NCBI GenBank assembly: GCA_951406725.2
Contig: OX597832.1
Location: forward strand, 54,932,001-54,996,000
Direction of reading: 5' to 3'
From: Octopus vulgaris
Taxonomy: Eukaryota
Length of the DNA: 64,000 nt
In this document: piece after piece, positions 1 to 14,769 of the stretch
Position numbering within the stretch: the first letter of the stretch is position 1
Layout of the letters: each line of letters starts with the position of its first letter
Translations under genes and position numbers: made by a program
Notes under the pieces: generated by a model
What the model was told of the DNA's origin: nothing
Seen by the model: only the letters and a program-made list of their open reading frames with translations
Database searches by the model: none

Positions 1-85
1 TGTCTGTGTAGTACTCAGCCACTTGAACGTTAATTTCACGAGCAAGCTGTTCCGTTTATCAGATCAACTGGAACCCTCGTCGGCG
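1..85 (+). mobile_element. 3' tail fragment of SINE (tail type T1)
   Basis: tactcagccacttgaacgttaatttcacgagcaagctgttccgtt...gaaccctcgtcg matches the tails of the copies at 11524-11903, 48287-48665 and 56543-56872. Confidence 0.75.
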
Positions 86-97
86 TTTTGACCAAGA

Positions 98-648
98 GGC
101 GTAGGAGTGGCTGTATGGTAAGAAGCTTATTTACCAACCACATGGTTCCAGGTTCAGTCCTAGTGCGTGGCATCTTGGACAAATGTCTTCTACTATAGCC
201 TCGGGTCGATCAAATCCTTGTGAGTGGATATGGTAGACGGAAACTGAAAGAAGTACTTCATGTATATGTTTGTTGAGTGTGTGTGTGAGAGAGTGTAGGT
301 GCGCGTGTATGTGTGTATGAGTGTGGGTGTGTGCATGTGTGTTTGAGTGTGTGTCTGGGTGCGTGAGTGCGTGTTTGTGTGTGTGTGTGTGTGTCATTGT
401 GTGTGTGTGTGTCTTTGTGTGTGTGTGTGTATCTTTGTGTCTGTGCTTGACCTCCTTCACCATTTGACAACCGGTTTTAATGTGCTTAACCCCACCCTCT
501 CACTCCGTACCTTCGGGGTTTCGCAAAAGAGATCGACATAATAACTACCAGTTTAAAAATAAAAGTACTGGAGTCGAACCAATCGACTAAAATTCCTCGA
601 AGCGGTGCCCCAACATGGCTACAGTCTAATGACTGAAACAAAATAAGA
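98..648 (+). mobile_element. tRNA-derived SINE family A (CORE-like, internal microsatellite)
   Basis: A-box/B-box-like head (ggagtggctgtatggtaag...ggttcagtcc), cttggacaaatgtcttctactatagcctcggg core, (TG)n middle, ggtgccccaacatggc...gactgaaaca tail; more than 10 copies in the window. Confidence 0.85.
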
Positions 649-770
649 TTATAAAAAAATAAAACAACAGGAAAAAAAATATTCCAAAACATCATTTGGA
701 ATTCCACGAAAAATACGGAACCTTCCAGTATTATTTTATTGTCGATTATCACCAATTATTATAGATACAA

Positions 771-965
771 TGGCGGCAACCTGACAGAAACGTGAGCAGG
801 ACGGACAAATGGCGTTTCTTCTGTCTTTGCGTTCTGAGTTCAAATTCGAAGACGTTGACTTTGGCGTTCATCCTTTCGGAATTCATAAGATAGATATTCG
901 TTGAGCTTTGGGGGTCGATGTAATCTACTACTGCCCTTCTCCCTAAGGTGTGGATCTCGTGTCTA
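771..965 (+). mobile_element. SINE family D (gtcgactttgcctttcatcctttcggggtcgataa domain), degraded
   Basis: Similar to the well-preserved copy at 59246-59475. Confidence 0.7.
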
Positions 966-1009
966 CAGTAATAAGGGTTGTATATACAAACGTACATGTA
1001 TGTATGTAC

Positions 1010-1125
<116 letters not shown>

Positions 1126-1329
1126 GTATATATGTATGTATGTATGTTGGCCTGCTCGCTTAGCCAGCGGGGTGGCGTAATGCGAAGGCTAAAACAATGC
1201 AAACGCATTGTGACCAGCGATGTGTAACAACATCTTATGGTCTGGTCGGTCACGTGATCACGTGGTCACGTAATATGTCTGTATGTATGTATGTATGTAT
1301 GTATGTATGTGTGTGTGTATATGTTTGTG

Positions 1330-1505
1330 TGTTTGCGTTTGACCTACCCAAAATCGCTTGACAACCGATGCTGGTGTGTTTACGTCCCTGTAAACTAGCG
1401 GTTCGGCAAAAAAGACCGATAGAATAAGTACTAGGCTTTTCTCGACTAAAGGCGGTGCTCCAGCATGGCCGCAGTCAAATGACTGAAACAGGTAAAAGAG
1501 TCAAG
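1330..1505 (+). mobile_element. SINE family A, 3' half
   Basis: cgcttgacaaccgatgctggtgtgtttacgtcc...ggcggtgctccagcatggccgcagtcaaatgactgaaac. Confidence 0.85.
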
Positions 1506-1594
1506 AGAGAGTCCGGGAACCTTTTCATATCACCTCGTATCTATCTATCTATCTACACACACACACGCACGCACGCACGCACACACACACACGC

Positions 1595-1640
<46 letters not shown>

Positions 1641-1748
1641 AAATTCATATGGATATGATGCAGACTTTATTTCTAACCCTGTTGTTTGTTAAGTCGTGCG
1701 CAATGAGAAAAACTGATGGACATACACCATTTCCACATATCTCTCTCC

Positions 1749-1811
<63 letters not shown>

Positions 1812-2092
1812 TTACTCATCCTTCTTCTCTCTGCTATCTATCGCGTTGCAATTTCCAACCAATACCTCATTTCATAGATGCTGCCATATAATCGCTATCG
1901 CCGTTTATTCCCTCAAGACATTTCCATCTCAAATTATAGCACAAACTTAAAATCTTAACTCTTAGGCACATCTAATGCAAATGCGTGTGTGTGTGAGTTT
2001 GTACGTGTGTACGTGTGCGCATATGTACGCGTATATGTATGCGTATGTATGCATATATCTGCGTATGTGTGTGTGTACATATATATACACAC

Positions 2093-2141
<49 letters not shown>

Positions 2142-2157
2142 TAGATAGATATAGATT

Positions 2158-2189
<32 letters not shown>

Positions 2190-2443
2190 TTTATATATAT
2201 ATATATATACACATAGATATAGGTATATATATGTGCATATATATATATATAGTTTTTAATGTTATTTTAGTTATTTTTGATGCGTTTCTTTTTTGTTTTT
2301 TTTTTGTTTTTTTCATCTGATTTTCATTGTAGAACCAAAATTGTTATTATTACTCTTTCCCAGCAGCGTATCAAGCACTTTTATTTGTAGGCATATGTCG
2401 TGAATCCAAATATAGGTGCGCGCGCGTGTGTGTAAGTGTGTGT

Positions 2444-2488
<45 letters not shown>

Positions 2489-2532
2489 TGTCTGTCTGCA
2501 TACATGCTTATATATATTTATATATATATATA

Positions 2533-2623
<91 letters not shown>

Positions 2624-2751
2624 ATGTATGTCTATGTATGTATGTCTATATATATATATAACACATATATAACACATATAACACATATATATACATATAT
2701 ATACATATATACACATAATATATATAGACATACATACATGTATATATATAT

Positions 2752-3958
2752 ATACCCGGCGTTGCTCGGGATTGAAATGGCATAGTTTGTATATATGGTA
2801 CAGTTAAGTTGAAACAGGTGATACGAGGAAGTGCAGCATTGACGACAAAACATTTGTGGAGTAAATGAAGGACTAATACGACTAAGTGACATGGAAGGTT
2901 TCAGGCCCTAACTTTATCATGTAAAAAGTGGGTGAGAGTATGCGATTTTTGAGCGCACCAAAAAGCTCTCATTGGATATACTCTCCTTTGCGCCTGTTGG
3001 CGTTGCTGCTACTACGCTGAACCATCTATGCGATAAATTTAGCCTGTGGGCGCGCTCAACAGCACCACATGAGAGAAATCTACATGAAAGATACGACGTG
3101 GTAAGAGGGCGGTGATTGGGAAGGAAGCGCTTGCAAACAACACTCTCATGTGACATTTCGGTTTTGAATCAATGGTTGTGGCTCAACCTTGGACTCCTTC
3201 GCGCAAACAGCGCGCGACCATTGTGAGGACGACTCAGCTCCTAAACGAAAACAGTTCTGCATGCAGCGTCGGGGGTACGCAAGGTCACATTAAGGATACG
3301 GTCTGAAACAAACGTGGTTAGGTAACATGACGATGGGTTGCTGGCTGTGGTTGTGAATCAACAGACGCGGCTCAACCGTACACTCCTTCGCGTAAACAGC
3401 GTGCGATCATTGTGAGGACAATTCAGCACCCAAACGAACACAATTCTGCATGCAGCGTTCGAGCACGCCGCATGACAGTAAAGTGAGATATAAGAAAGAC
3501 ATGGGCTTCAAGTCAGATACGTCGGTCGATGCGGAACGTAGAATTTAGCCGTTCAAGAATAAGTTGAGAAAGTTGTTATGCATCTGATGTTACAAATATC
3601 ATGAGTTTTTCAATGTACACGATGTTCAAATTAGCTATCCATCCCTAGACAACGTTGCTTTCCCCCGACAAACACCACAGTTAAAAATACACAACAACAC
3701 ACACAATGTAAGCGTTAGCTATCCGTTCCTAGACAACACTGCTTTTACCTTCAAATACTACAATCGAAAACACACATGAATACATGCCCTTTCCAAAACA
3801 TCCAGAAATTTTCAAAATCCAACCATTTATCCATCTGATCGTACCTAAAGGAACTGCACGGCGCTCATCGTTATCAACTTCAATGACCATTACAACCAAC
3901 AACTGTACTCCTTAAGGGCTAGAAAGAGGGGAAACTCCACACACAAACACACACGTAA

Positions 3959-3960
<2 letters not shown>
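2752..3960 (-). mobile_element. Helitron-like non-autonomous element with ~110-bp internal duplication
   Basis: cccggcgttgctcggg terminal hairpin shared with 55424-55793; duplicated segments at ~3159-3270 and ~3349-3458; right boundary approximate. Confidence 0.55.
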
Positions 3961-3991
<31 letters not shown>

Positions 3992-4728
3992 AAGTATGTT
4001 AGTCTCTATTTGTCTGTATATATATATACTCCCAACATCCGTCCTGCAATTTTTATGATCCATCCATTTAGCTACCAACTATGTCATACTGTCTGACAAT
4101 ATCTAGCGGAACTACACAGCGCTCGCCGAGTACAAAACATGATTTTGCCAAGCACCAAGTCAGAAAATCTAAATGGCAGGCAGAACCATTCCTTGTCACA
4201 GTAAAGTGCCGAAAAATCTCCAGTTACGACTCCTTGGTCAAATACCCTGTGCAGAGCACTGTTAAAGAAGAGCAAATAAGGGGCACATAAATAATTTCTG
4301 ATCCATTAACGACTGGACAGGGCTCAGTATGGCTCAGTAGTGAGATCCTTCTGTGTGTCACCTCACCGAGGAGAGGGGAAAATCGGTGTGGCTGGCACCC
4401 AAATGCATCTGGAGTAACATTGCAACAAGTGATAGCGCCAACCAAGGGAGAATATAGCGATGCGATAGTCCTAGATATTTGACAGTAGAGTTAGATATTA
4501 CGAGATATCGTGGAAATATGGCGACGGCAAAGTGAAATATCATATTAATATTGTTTGAAAGGAAATTTGGTGTGGGAGAAATGATTGATACATTGGTTCA
4601 TAACAATATGGCGATTCAAATATAGATAGAATAAGAATATATATATTAGATGAAATGTTCATATTGTGTGATGGGAAAGAATGATGTATCGGATACACAT
4701 AGGTGATACATAGTGTATACATACATAC

Positions 4729-4788
<60 letters not shown>

Positions 4789-4989
4789 TACATACATAAT
4801 ACATACATACATATATATGTATGTATGTATCTATGTATGTATTATATTTATTATATGTATATATATATATGTGTGTGTGTTCGTGCGTGTATATACCTAT
4901 ATACATATACATATGTATATATGTATGCATTTATGTGTATGTACATATAAAACATAAAGACATACCTGTACGTGTGTATTATACATATA

Positions 4990-5044
<55 letters not shown>

Positions 5045-5628
5045 GTGTGTATACATACATATATACATATATACACGTATACACATATGTATATACATAT
5101 ATATATATATACTTATACATTTATATATATATATGTATGTATGTATATGTATATACGTATTTATATGTATCTCTCTCTCTCTCTCTCTCAATATATATAT
5201 ATACATATACATATATGTGTGTGTGTGTATACACACACACATACACACACACACATATGTATGGGCATAGTGAAAGAGACGAAAGAGAAAGTTTTGTGAA
5301 AGAGAGAAAGAACGGGATATGTGGGAAATGGCGGCTGAGTTGAGAAAGTCGGTTGTATAGGACAATGTGAGATCCGTGACAAGGAAATTGATTGGTGTAA
5401 ATTGTGATGAGACAAGAAAATAATAAATTCCTATATATTATAGATACTGTGTTATGTTATTATTGTAAAATTATTTCTCTAGGTCGCGGTCAATGATGTA
5501 GCAGATGTAGACAAAATGAAGGTATGAGGGCGGCGTGGAAGGAAGGCATTAATCTTTGCAGAGAGGGACGGAGGAAAAAACGCGAGGGTTGTACTTACAT
5601 ACATACATATATATACATACATGCATAC

Positions 5629-5771
<143 letters not shown>

Positions 5772-5776
5772 GAGAG

Positions 5777-5817
<41 letters not shown>

Positions 5818-5830
5818 TAGATATAGATAT

Positions 5831-5888
<58 letters not shown>

Positions 5889-5962
5889 GTATATGTATAT
5901 ATATATACATATATATATGTATGTGTATTTATATGTATGTATGTCAATATACATACAGACAT

Positions 5963-5998
<36 letters not shown>

Positions 5999-6030
5999 AT
6001 TTATGTCAGTATGTATGTGTGTATATATAC

Positions 6031-6151
<121 letters not shown>

Positions 6152-6683
6152 GAGAGAGAGAGATACATATATAGAAACCTAAACATACATCATTAAATAC
6201 ACACATATAGACACAGATATACACATACGTACTTACGCACAAATACACATGTCCGTGTGTCTTTTTCTTAATGGAATATCAGTTTGGGGTAACGCTTACT
6301 TCTTAAGGCAGGTCAAATGCCAAAAATGTTGTAGGAGCTAACTCGGTACTACTGAACGAATTATAAGGAAGACTGCCTGGATAATCTTTATGTTTATCAA
6401 TAAAATAATATGTTTTGTATTCAAGAATCTAGTGAAATTGTGTCTCTTGGCTAGCGATATTCACGAATACGTTTAAGATTTACCTACTTCCTGCAAAGAA
6501 AGGTTCCCTGTACCGATATATCTGGAAGGTCAGAAGCCAAAATATATGAATGCTTACTGTAACTTTGAATATTGTTGATGGGGCTACTCTGTATTCCAAA
6601 GGGTTACATAACTCTTAACTTCGTCTTAACTGTGAAATTATCTGAAATTTTCAGAAGCTGAAATGGATCGCGATATATCTTAT

Positions 6684-6992
6684 GTTGTTGTTTGTTCCTT
6701 CTCAAGCCACACCTGGCTCATAAGGGCCGTTTTCCCGGTTTCTTTGGCGTATAAGTTCCCCACCTGGACGAGATGCCGGTCCGTCGCAGGTGAGCTGCAA
6801 GATGCAGGAGGAAAGAGTGAGAGAAAGTTGTGGCGAAAGAGTCAGCAGAAGTTCGCCATTACTCTCTGACGGAGCCGCGTGGAGCTTAGGTGTCTCACTC
6901 ATAAACACACACATCGCCCGGTCTGAGATTCGAACCCACGATCCCACGACCGCAAGTCCGCTGCTCTAACCACTAGGCCATGTGCCTCCACA
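6684..6992 (-). mobile_element. tRNA-derived SINE family B (head H1 + tail T2)
   Basis: Reverse complement of copies at 24010-24300 and 25330-25628; tggcctagtggttagagc...ggttcgaatctc Pol III boxes; (caa)n tail. Confidence 0.9.
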
Positions 6993-7515
6993 TATATTTT
7001 ACGAGAAAATCTATGTTATCACAAAACTGTTGCCATAGGTAGATAGTCCTTCTGGAAAATTTTTCAAGCGGCTGTCCATTCCGTTCCAGCCGACATATAT
7101 TGGATAAATTCTCGACTACGAACATTGCTTAATAATGTCCCTTGTCGATGGATATGCAACTTGGTCGAGTACTCTTCCTTACAATTGTAGCGCTTCAAAC
7201 TGAAAGTTTGCAGCGTTTTTAACCAAGTGAGTTGCTCTCATTATGCAAAACTGACCTCCTTAACGACCAGGCTGAGAGCGGTTTTACTGCGCGACTTGCG
7301 GTTAAATGACCATTTAGTCCCATTTCACGTGTATGTAAATCTTTATGTAACAAACTAGTCAATCACCAACTGCTTACTAAAACATATGTATGTATATATT
7401 TATGTATGTATACACACACACATGTATTATATACAGATACATACCTATACATACGCACGCACACGTATATATATATATATACACAAATACACAAACTATG
7501 CACCATATACATACA

Positions 7516-7555
<40 letters not shown>

Positions 7556-7658
7556 CATCTACATGCATAAATTTGTGTACCTTGTGAGCAATTTATACGT
7601 ATAGGATATAATCAAACATATTTATTATATATATACGTATGTGTTTGTATGTGTGTGG

Positions 7659-7691
<33 letters not shown>

Positions 7692-8016
7692 TGTATGTAT
7701 GTATGTATGTATGTATGTATGTATATGTACACTATATATATATAATATCTAGAGCTAGATATGTGCAAATAATGTAATATATACTACATATTACATACAT
7801 ATTACATATATATTACATATATATATATATAAATATGTAATATATATATAAGATGTAAGCTTAATAATGCATAATATATATTTATATATACACGTGTGTA
7901 ATATATATACAATTCACACATACACCCACACATATCTATGACATAAATATCATAGATATATCATATACATACATATGCATGTCTATGAATGTATGTCTCT
8001 CTCTCTTTCTCTCTCG

Positions 8017-8048
<32 letters not shown>

Positions 8049-8167
8049 GTGTGCGTGTGTGTGTGTATGTATGTGTATATACATGTTTTTGCATGTATGT
8101 ATGTATTCATACAAATGTACAAGAATTGGAAAGAGAAAAAAAAATGAGAGATAGAGACAGAGAGGGA

Positions 8168-8226
<59 letters not shown>

Positions 8227-8394
8227 GAGAGAGAGAGAAAACAGACTTCTACTTCCATTTCCCCTCATAAATGTTCCCGTCATTCCGATATTTTGCTCGT
8301 TTTTGACACCCGCTCCACCACCACCACCACCACCATCCTACCTCCTCCACCTCCCCCTTTCATTCCTCTCCCCTCCTCCTCCTCTTCCTCCTTC

Positions 8395-8515
8395 TCTCCG
8401 CCACCCTTTCCGCCCCCGCCTCCGTGATACTGTTTATTTTCCACGGCAAGTGTCAGTTGCGTTAAACCGTTATTATTCGTGCGCTGGGCGTGCCGCTGTT
8501 ATTGCCATAGCAACC
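8395..8515. promoter_or_regulatory. Candidate regulatory island: GC boxes plus RFX X-box
   Basis: ccgcccccgcctcc (8410-8423); attgccatagcaac (8501-8514) is one mismatch from X-box GTTGCCATAGCAAC; CpG-rich relative to flanks. Motif evidence only. Confidence 0.3.
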
Positions 8516-9001
8516 CACCAAGTGGAAATCACGAAGGCTTCCAGTCGTTTCTTATCGATTTTCCTTTTCGTATTATTGCAACATATTGAAAATATATCTG
8601 TTTTCATTGATGCTTCCTTCGACAATGTCGCTACATATAAATATATATGTATATATATATATATGTGTGTGTATATGTGTGTATGTGTGTCTTTGTGTGT
8701 GTCTGTGTGATTGTGTATGCTGTACATATCCACATTCATGTCATTTGTATATACGCACACACACACACATACACATATATATACTTACACGCGTGCACAC
8801 ACACACACTCACACTCACACACCCACACACACATACATGTCCACAAATTCATTTATTCCTTGTCACGAAAATAATACGAAGCCATACATATGCATACATA
8901 CAGACACATACATACATGCATACATACATGCATATATATTACACACACACACACATACACACATATATATACACATACAAGTATATATATATATGTAAAT
9001 A

Positions 9002-9051
<50 letters not shown>

Positions 9052-9139
9052 CTAATATACCGGAGTAAACACGTAAATGTGAAACAAATATATATATATA
9101 TACATACATACATACATACATACATACATACATACATAC

Positions 9140-9199
<60 letters not shown>

Positions 9200-9886
9200 A
9201 ACATACAAATATATATTTATATATATATTTATATATATATATACATACATACATACATATATATATCTGTGTATATGTGTGTGTGTGTTCACACATGTTC
9301 ATATACATGCATACAAGCGCACATAATAAACACAAGCATATATATATACGTGTCACAATCTAAGCATCGCTAGCATGAGAAAAGATAAGGACAGTTTGAC
9401 GTAAATACGCACTCCCGCTCTCCCGCACACTCCCGCACTCTCCCGCACTCTCCGCACGCCAGCACGTTCGCACACATGCACCACCGCAAGCACGCACTTA
9501 CTCACTTACGCACACCCGTACGCACACCAACACACGGACTGCGTCTCACATAGCGCACGCACAACTATTACGAAATACACTCTCAAGACGTATATCAAGA
9601 CGCTATCATCGTACACCATTACTCTACGCACGAACAAAATATCTTTTTCTCACATATTCCACAATTTTCCGAACGTATGTATTTGTAATATTCGTTGTTT
9701 ATTGACGAGTTCCCTGCCACGTCTGTTCGGCTTATACTTCGTATCGGTTACTGATAGGAAAATAAGAATTTTTTTCCAATACAACATTGCGGGTAACTAG
9801 CAAAATCTATCTCATTATAGGTGTTTTATTTATAGAGACTAGCCTCTAAGTGCTAAGATTAAAATTCAACATACATACATACAGAT

Positions 9887-10012
<126 letters not shown>

Positions 10013-10030
10013 TGTATGTATGTATGTATG

Positions 10031-10074
<44 letters not shown>

Positions 10075-10085
10075 GTATACATTCA

Positions 10086-10290
10086 CACTCTTTTGCTTGG
10101 TCCAGTCATTTGACTGCGGCCTTGCTGGAGCACCGCCTTTTAGCCGGACGAATCTACCCCGGGACTTAGTTTTTCTAAGCCTAGTACTTATTCTATCGGT
10201 CTTCTTTTGCCGAACCGCCGACTTACGAGGAAGTAAACACACCAGCATCGGTTGTCAAACGATGGTGGGTGGGACAAACACACACACACA
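10086..10290 (-). mobile_element. SINE family A, 3' half
   Basis: cagtcatttgactgcggccttgctggagcaccgcc...accagcatcggttgtcaa. Confidence 0.85.
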
Positions 10291-10395
10291 AACATACACA
10301 CACACACATATACATATATGACCATTCCGAAATATAACAATATATATATATACATATATACATACATATATGTATATATATGTAGGTATGTACGT

Positions 10396-10430
<35 letters not shown>

Positions 10431-10511
10431 ATGTATACATATACACATACATAAATGCATATTACCTATAATATATATATACACATATAAATATATATAT
10501 ATATGTATATA

Positions 10512-10633
<122 letters not shown>

Positions 10634-10844
10634 CACACCACACACAACACACACACACCACACATACACACACACAGAATAATTCTAACGAATTCCGACG
10701 TCTCTCAGTATTTGTTGACAGATTTCTTGCAACAGGAGTTGATGTCGCTCTAATAAAAATACACACGTGCGACTGCTATAAGGTTATATTCATATATATG
10801 CATGCCTACATGCATACATTATACATACATCCATAAATTTATAC

Positions 10845-10894
<50 letters not shown>

Positions 10895-11148
10895 GGCGGT
10901 GCTCAGCATGGCCGCAGCTCTGAGCTGAAACTTAAAACAAAAAAATATATATATACATACATACATATATATATATGTGTACAGAGATAGAGATTTTTTA
11001 ATATTATGTTTATATACATACATGCATATATTTGTACATACATACACGCGTACACACACACACACGCGCGTGCAGAGACACAAACGCACTCAGAACACAC
11101 ACACACACAAACGCACACACATATATAAGATTAGAGAAATAAATATAT

Positions 11149-11381
11149 ATATTTCTTTACTACCCACAAGGGGCTAAACACAGAGGAGACAAACAAGGAC
11201 AGACAAAGGGATTAAGTCAATTACATCGACATCAGTGCGTAACTGGTACTTAATTTATCGACCCCGGAAGGATGAAAGGCAAAGTCGACCTCGGCGGAAT
11301 TTGAACTCGAAACGTAACGGCAGACGAAATACGGTAACGCATTTTGCCCGGCGTGCTAACGTTTCTGCCAGCTCGCCGCCT
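11149..11381 (-). mobile_element. SINE family D
   Basis: Reverse complement of ggcggcgagctggcagaaacgttagcacgccggg...gtcgactttgcctttcatcc. Confidence 0.9.
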
Positions 11382-11447
11382 TAGAAATAAATATATATCT
11401 GAATGTACATATATCATCTACATCATCATCGTTTAACGTCCATCTTC

Positions 11448-11502
<55 letters not shown>

Positions 11503-11523
11503 ATAGAAGTGTATATATCGTGG

Positions 11524-11903
11524 TACTCCGTCGGTTACGACGCAGAATCTTCCAGTTGATCTGTTCAACAGAACAGCCTGCACGTGAAAGTTACACGTAA
11601 GAGGCCGAGCACTTCACAGACACGAGTGCCCTTAATGTAGTTCTCAAGGAGATTCAACGTCATACATAGAATGTGACAAGGCTGGCCCTTTGAAATACAG
11701 GTACAACAGAAACAGGAATAAAGAATGAGAGAAAGTTGTGGTGAAAGGGTACAGCAGGGTTCGCTGCCACGCCCTGCCGGAGCCTCGAGGAGCTTTAGGT
11801 GTTCTCGCTCAATAAACACTCACAACGCCCGGTCTGGGAATCGAAACCGCGATCCTACGACCGCGAGACCGCTGCCCTAACCACTGAGCCATTACGTCTC
11901 CAC
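11524..11903 (-). mobile_element. SINE family C (head H1 + tail T1)
   Basis: tRNA-like head, ctttctctcattctt linker, cgtcgtaaccgacggagt tail; near-identical to 48287-48665. Confidence 0.9.
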
Positions 11904-12196
11904 AGTTAAAATATTGCCGAGCTTTCACCATCTGCGCACGTTCTACAGTTGACATGAAAATCGGATGGTTGAACAGAACACGTCATTGAAAAATAAGCTT
12001 ATCCTGCAGTCACATGACAAATGCACAATCATCAATAAACACTCATAGCGCCCGGTCTGGGAATCGAAACCGCGATCCTACGACAGCGAGTCCGCTGCCC
12101 TATGCACTGTGCTATTGCGCCTCCACGTATATAGATAATGTATGTACGTACGTACGTACGTAATTATGTACTATTACATGTTGGTGTTGGTGTTGG

Positions 12197-12445
12197 CGAA
12201 TTTCCAGAGTCGTCAGAATTTCCAGAATCGTCAAACTTTCCAGAGCCTTCAGAATTTCCACAATCGTCAAAATTTCCAGAGCCGTCGGAATTCCCAGAAT
12301 CGTCAAAATTTCCAGAAGCGCCAGAATTTCTAGAATCGTCAAAATTTCCAGAATCGTCAAAATTGCCGGAAATGCCAGAATTTCCAGAGTCGCCAGAATT
12401 TCCATAAGCGTCAAAATTTCCAGAATTGCCAGAATTTCCAGAATC
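12197..12445. repeat. 18-bp minisatellite (tttccagaatcgtcaaaa-like) followed by (CAT)n/(CAG)n
   Basis: Direct inspection; explains the EFPESS ORF. Confidence 0.9.
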
Positions 12446-12596
12446 GTCATCGTAATCCTCATCATCATCGTCATCAATGTCGTCGTTATCATCATCATCA
12501 TCATCATTGTCATCGTCGTCATCACCATCATCATCATCACCATCATCATGATCATCATCATTATCATCATTGTCATTATCATCAATGTCATCGTTG

Positions 12597-12652
<56 letters not shown>

Positions 12653-12945
12653 TGCACTGATTAATTTGATGGGAGAAAAAACAACAAATTTAATATTTTC
12701 CCCGGATTTACAGCTTCGTTACAATACACTAAATATTCAGCGTGAATTAAATCGGTATCCATTTACTCTTTTATTTGATTGTGGCCATGCTGGAGCACCG
12801 CCTTTAGTCGCCCAGGACTTATTCTTTGTAAGCCTAGTACTTATTTTGCCGACCCACAAAGTTACAGGGACGTAAACACACCTGCATCGACAAACACAGA
12901 CACACAAACATACACACACGCACACACACGCACACACACACACAC

Positions 12946-12981
<36 letters not shown>

Positions 12982-13143
12982 ATTAATTAATAGTAGGGAA
13001 TATAAAACTCCAATATTTATTTAATTTAGTGATTTTTAGAATAATATTTATTATAATATATTTAAAATCTTTCTGTATGATTTAATATAGATATTTTTCA
13101 CTATTAATTGAACTACTTAATAGAGGTTTTGTCTCTTAATTAT

Positions 13144-13212
<69 letters not shown>

Positions 13213-13436
13213 TTTTGTTCACATCTTCGTTCGACTCCATTCTTTCATTTATTCATATACAACACACAAATTTCTACACATGAACCCGGAGTTTCTACCC
13301 TTGACAGGTCGCTTCAGCCGTGTTTTCTGACGTGAATTTGCTACCCAGGTTTCGGTTAAACGAATTTTCCATGCTGACGATAAGCATAGAATAATTCATT
13401 CACCTACTTAAATATATATATATATATATATATATA

Positions 13437-13593
13437 TGACGGGCTTCTTTCAGTTTCCGTCTAGCAAATCTATTCACAAGGCTTTGGTCAGCCCGAGGCT
13501 ATAGTAGAAGACACTTGTCGAAGGTGCCACGCAGTGGGACTAAACCCGGAACCATGTGGTTGATAAGCAAGCTACTTACCACACCGCCACTCC
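13437..13593 (-). mobile_element. SINE family A, 5' half
   Basis: gacgggcttctttcagtttccgtct...ccggaaccatgtggtt...accacaccgccactcc. Confidence 0.85.
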
Positions 13594-14054
13594 AGTACTG
13601 CGAAAATCCGTGACCACCACTCGTGAGCTAAGTTACATAACCTATATACCCAGCATACTAATTTCTACCCGGAACATTTTTTTTTCATTTTGACTCTTAA
13701 TCAATGCCATCACAAACTCACTCGTTCATCTTCCATTGCGTCATCAGTTCAACGATAATCAAATATGGCGTCCGTCCTACATTATTATTATCAAATCGCA
13801 CTCACACACACACACAACACACATACACATGCTCGTTCACGTACACACCAACACACCCGTGCGCATACACATACACACACAAACACACACACACACACAC
13901 GCATTGATTGAGTAAGCCAACATGTCTACAAACAAATTAAGAAAGCGAAAGTCGAACTAATAATTAAGTTAGTGCTGGTTTTATGGAATCCTTCACTGAA
14001 AGGTCTTTCGATTCGGAAAAGCAATAAAGTTCAGTTTGAAGCATCGCATCGACT

Positions 14055-14170
14055 GTGGCCAATAGCAGATCTAAGCATTCATGACAGGAAGTACCACGAT
14101 AACCTACATAGGCTAATAGACCAATGGCAACGGCGAGTATGACCTCTGTGAACTCAGCCTATAATAAATC
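14055..14170 (+). promoter_or_regulatory. Candidate Pol II promoter/enhancer
   Basis: CCAAT at 14059 and 14121, ETS caggaagt 14085-14092, DR3-like tgacct-ctg-tgaact 14140-14154, TATA-like tataata 14160-14166; motif evidence only. Confidence 0.3.
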
Positions 14171-14384
14171 CGTCTCAATTTCTCTCTCTCTCTCTCTCTT
14201 TCTCTTTATCTATCTATCTATATATATATCTCACTATCGTATTTCTTATTACATACATATATAGTCACATACATACATGCGTAGTTACACACACGCGCGC
14301 ACGCACACACAAACACAAAAACACATACATATACACAGGGATATGTGTGTGTTCGCTTAAAGATATATATATATATATATAAAT

Positions 14385-14421
<37 letters not shown>

Positions 14422-14618
14422 CATGCATACTTATATAGACATACACACACTCATATATGTATGTATGTATGTATGTATCTGTGTGTATATGCATGTATGT
14501 GTGTGTATGTGTGTATATATGCATGTATGTACGCATGTATGTGTGTATATATGTATGAATATATATGCGAGTGTATATATATATGTGTGTATGCATATGC
14601 ATGTGTATATATATGTGT

Positions 14619-14685
<67 letters not shown>

Positions 14686-14769
14686 CAAATGAAAGCTGCG
14701 ATTATTACGTTTGGTAGGAGTTGCATATTATTTTAATGGCAGTTCCACACACTCATCTCCGAATGAATT

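Noticed and set aside
3493-3514. miR-71-like gaaagacatggg
   Set aside because: Only a 12-nt match, inside a Helitron-like repeat, with no hairpin seen
6684-6992. tRNA genes at SINE heads
   Set aside because: A/B boxes are present but continue into the SINE body; they are tRNA-derived retroposon heads
7979-8710. 243-aa ORF with poly-Pro
   Set aside because: Built from (TC), (TG), (GA) and (CCA) repeats; the unique part is better explained as a pairing or regulatory island
12112-12657. EFPESS / ILEILT repetitive ORFs
   Set aside because: Product of the 18-bp minisatellite; no splice or homology support
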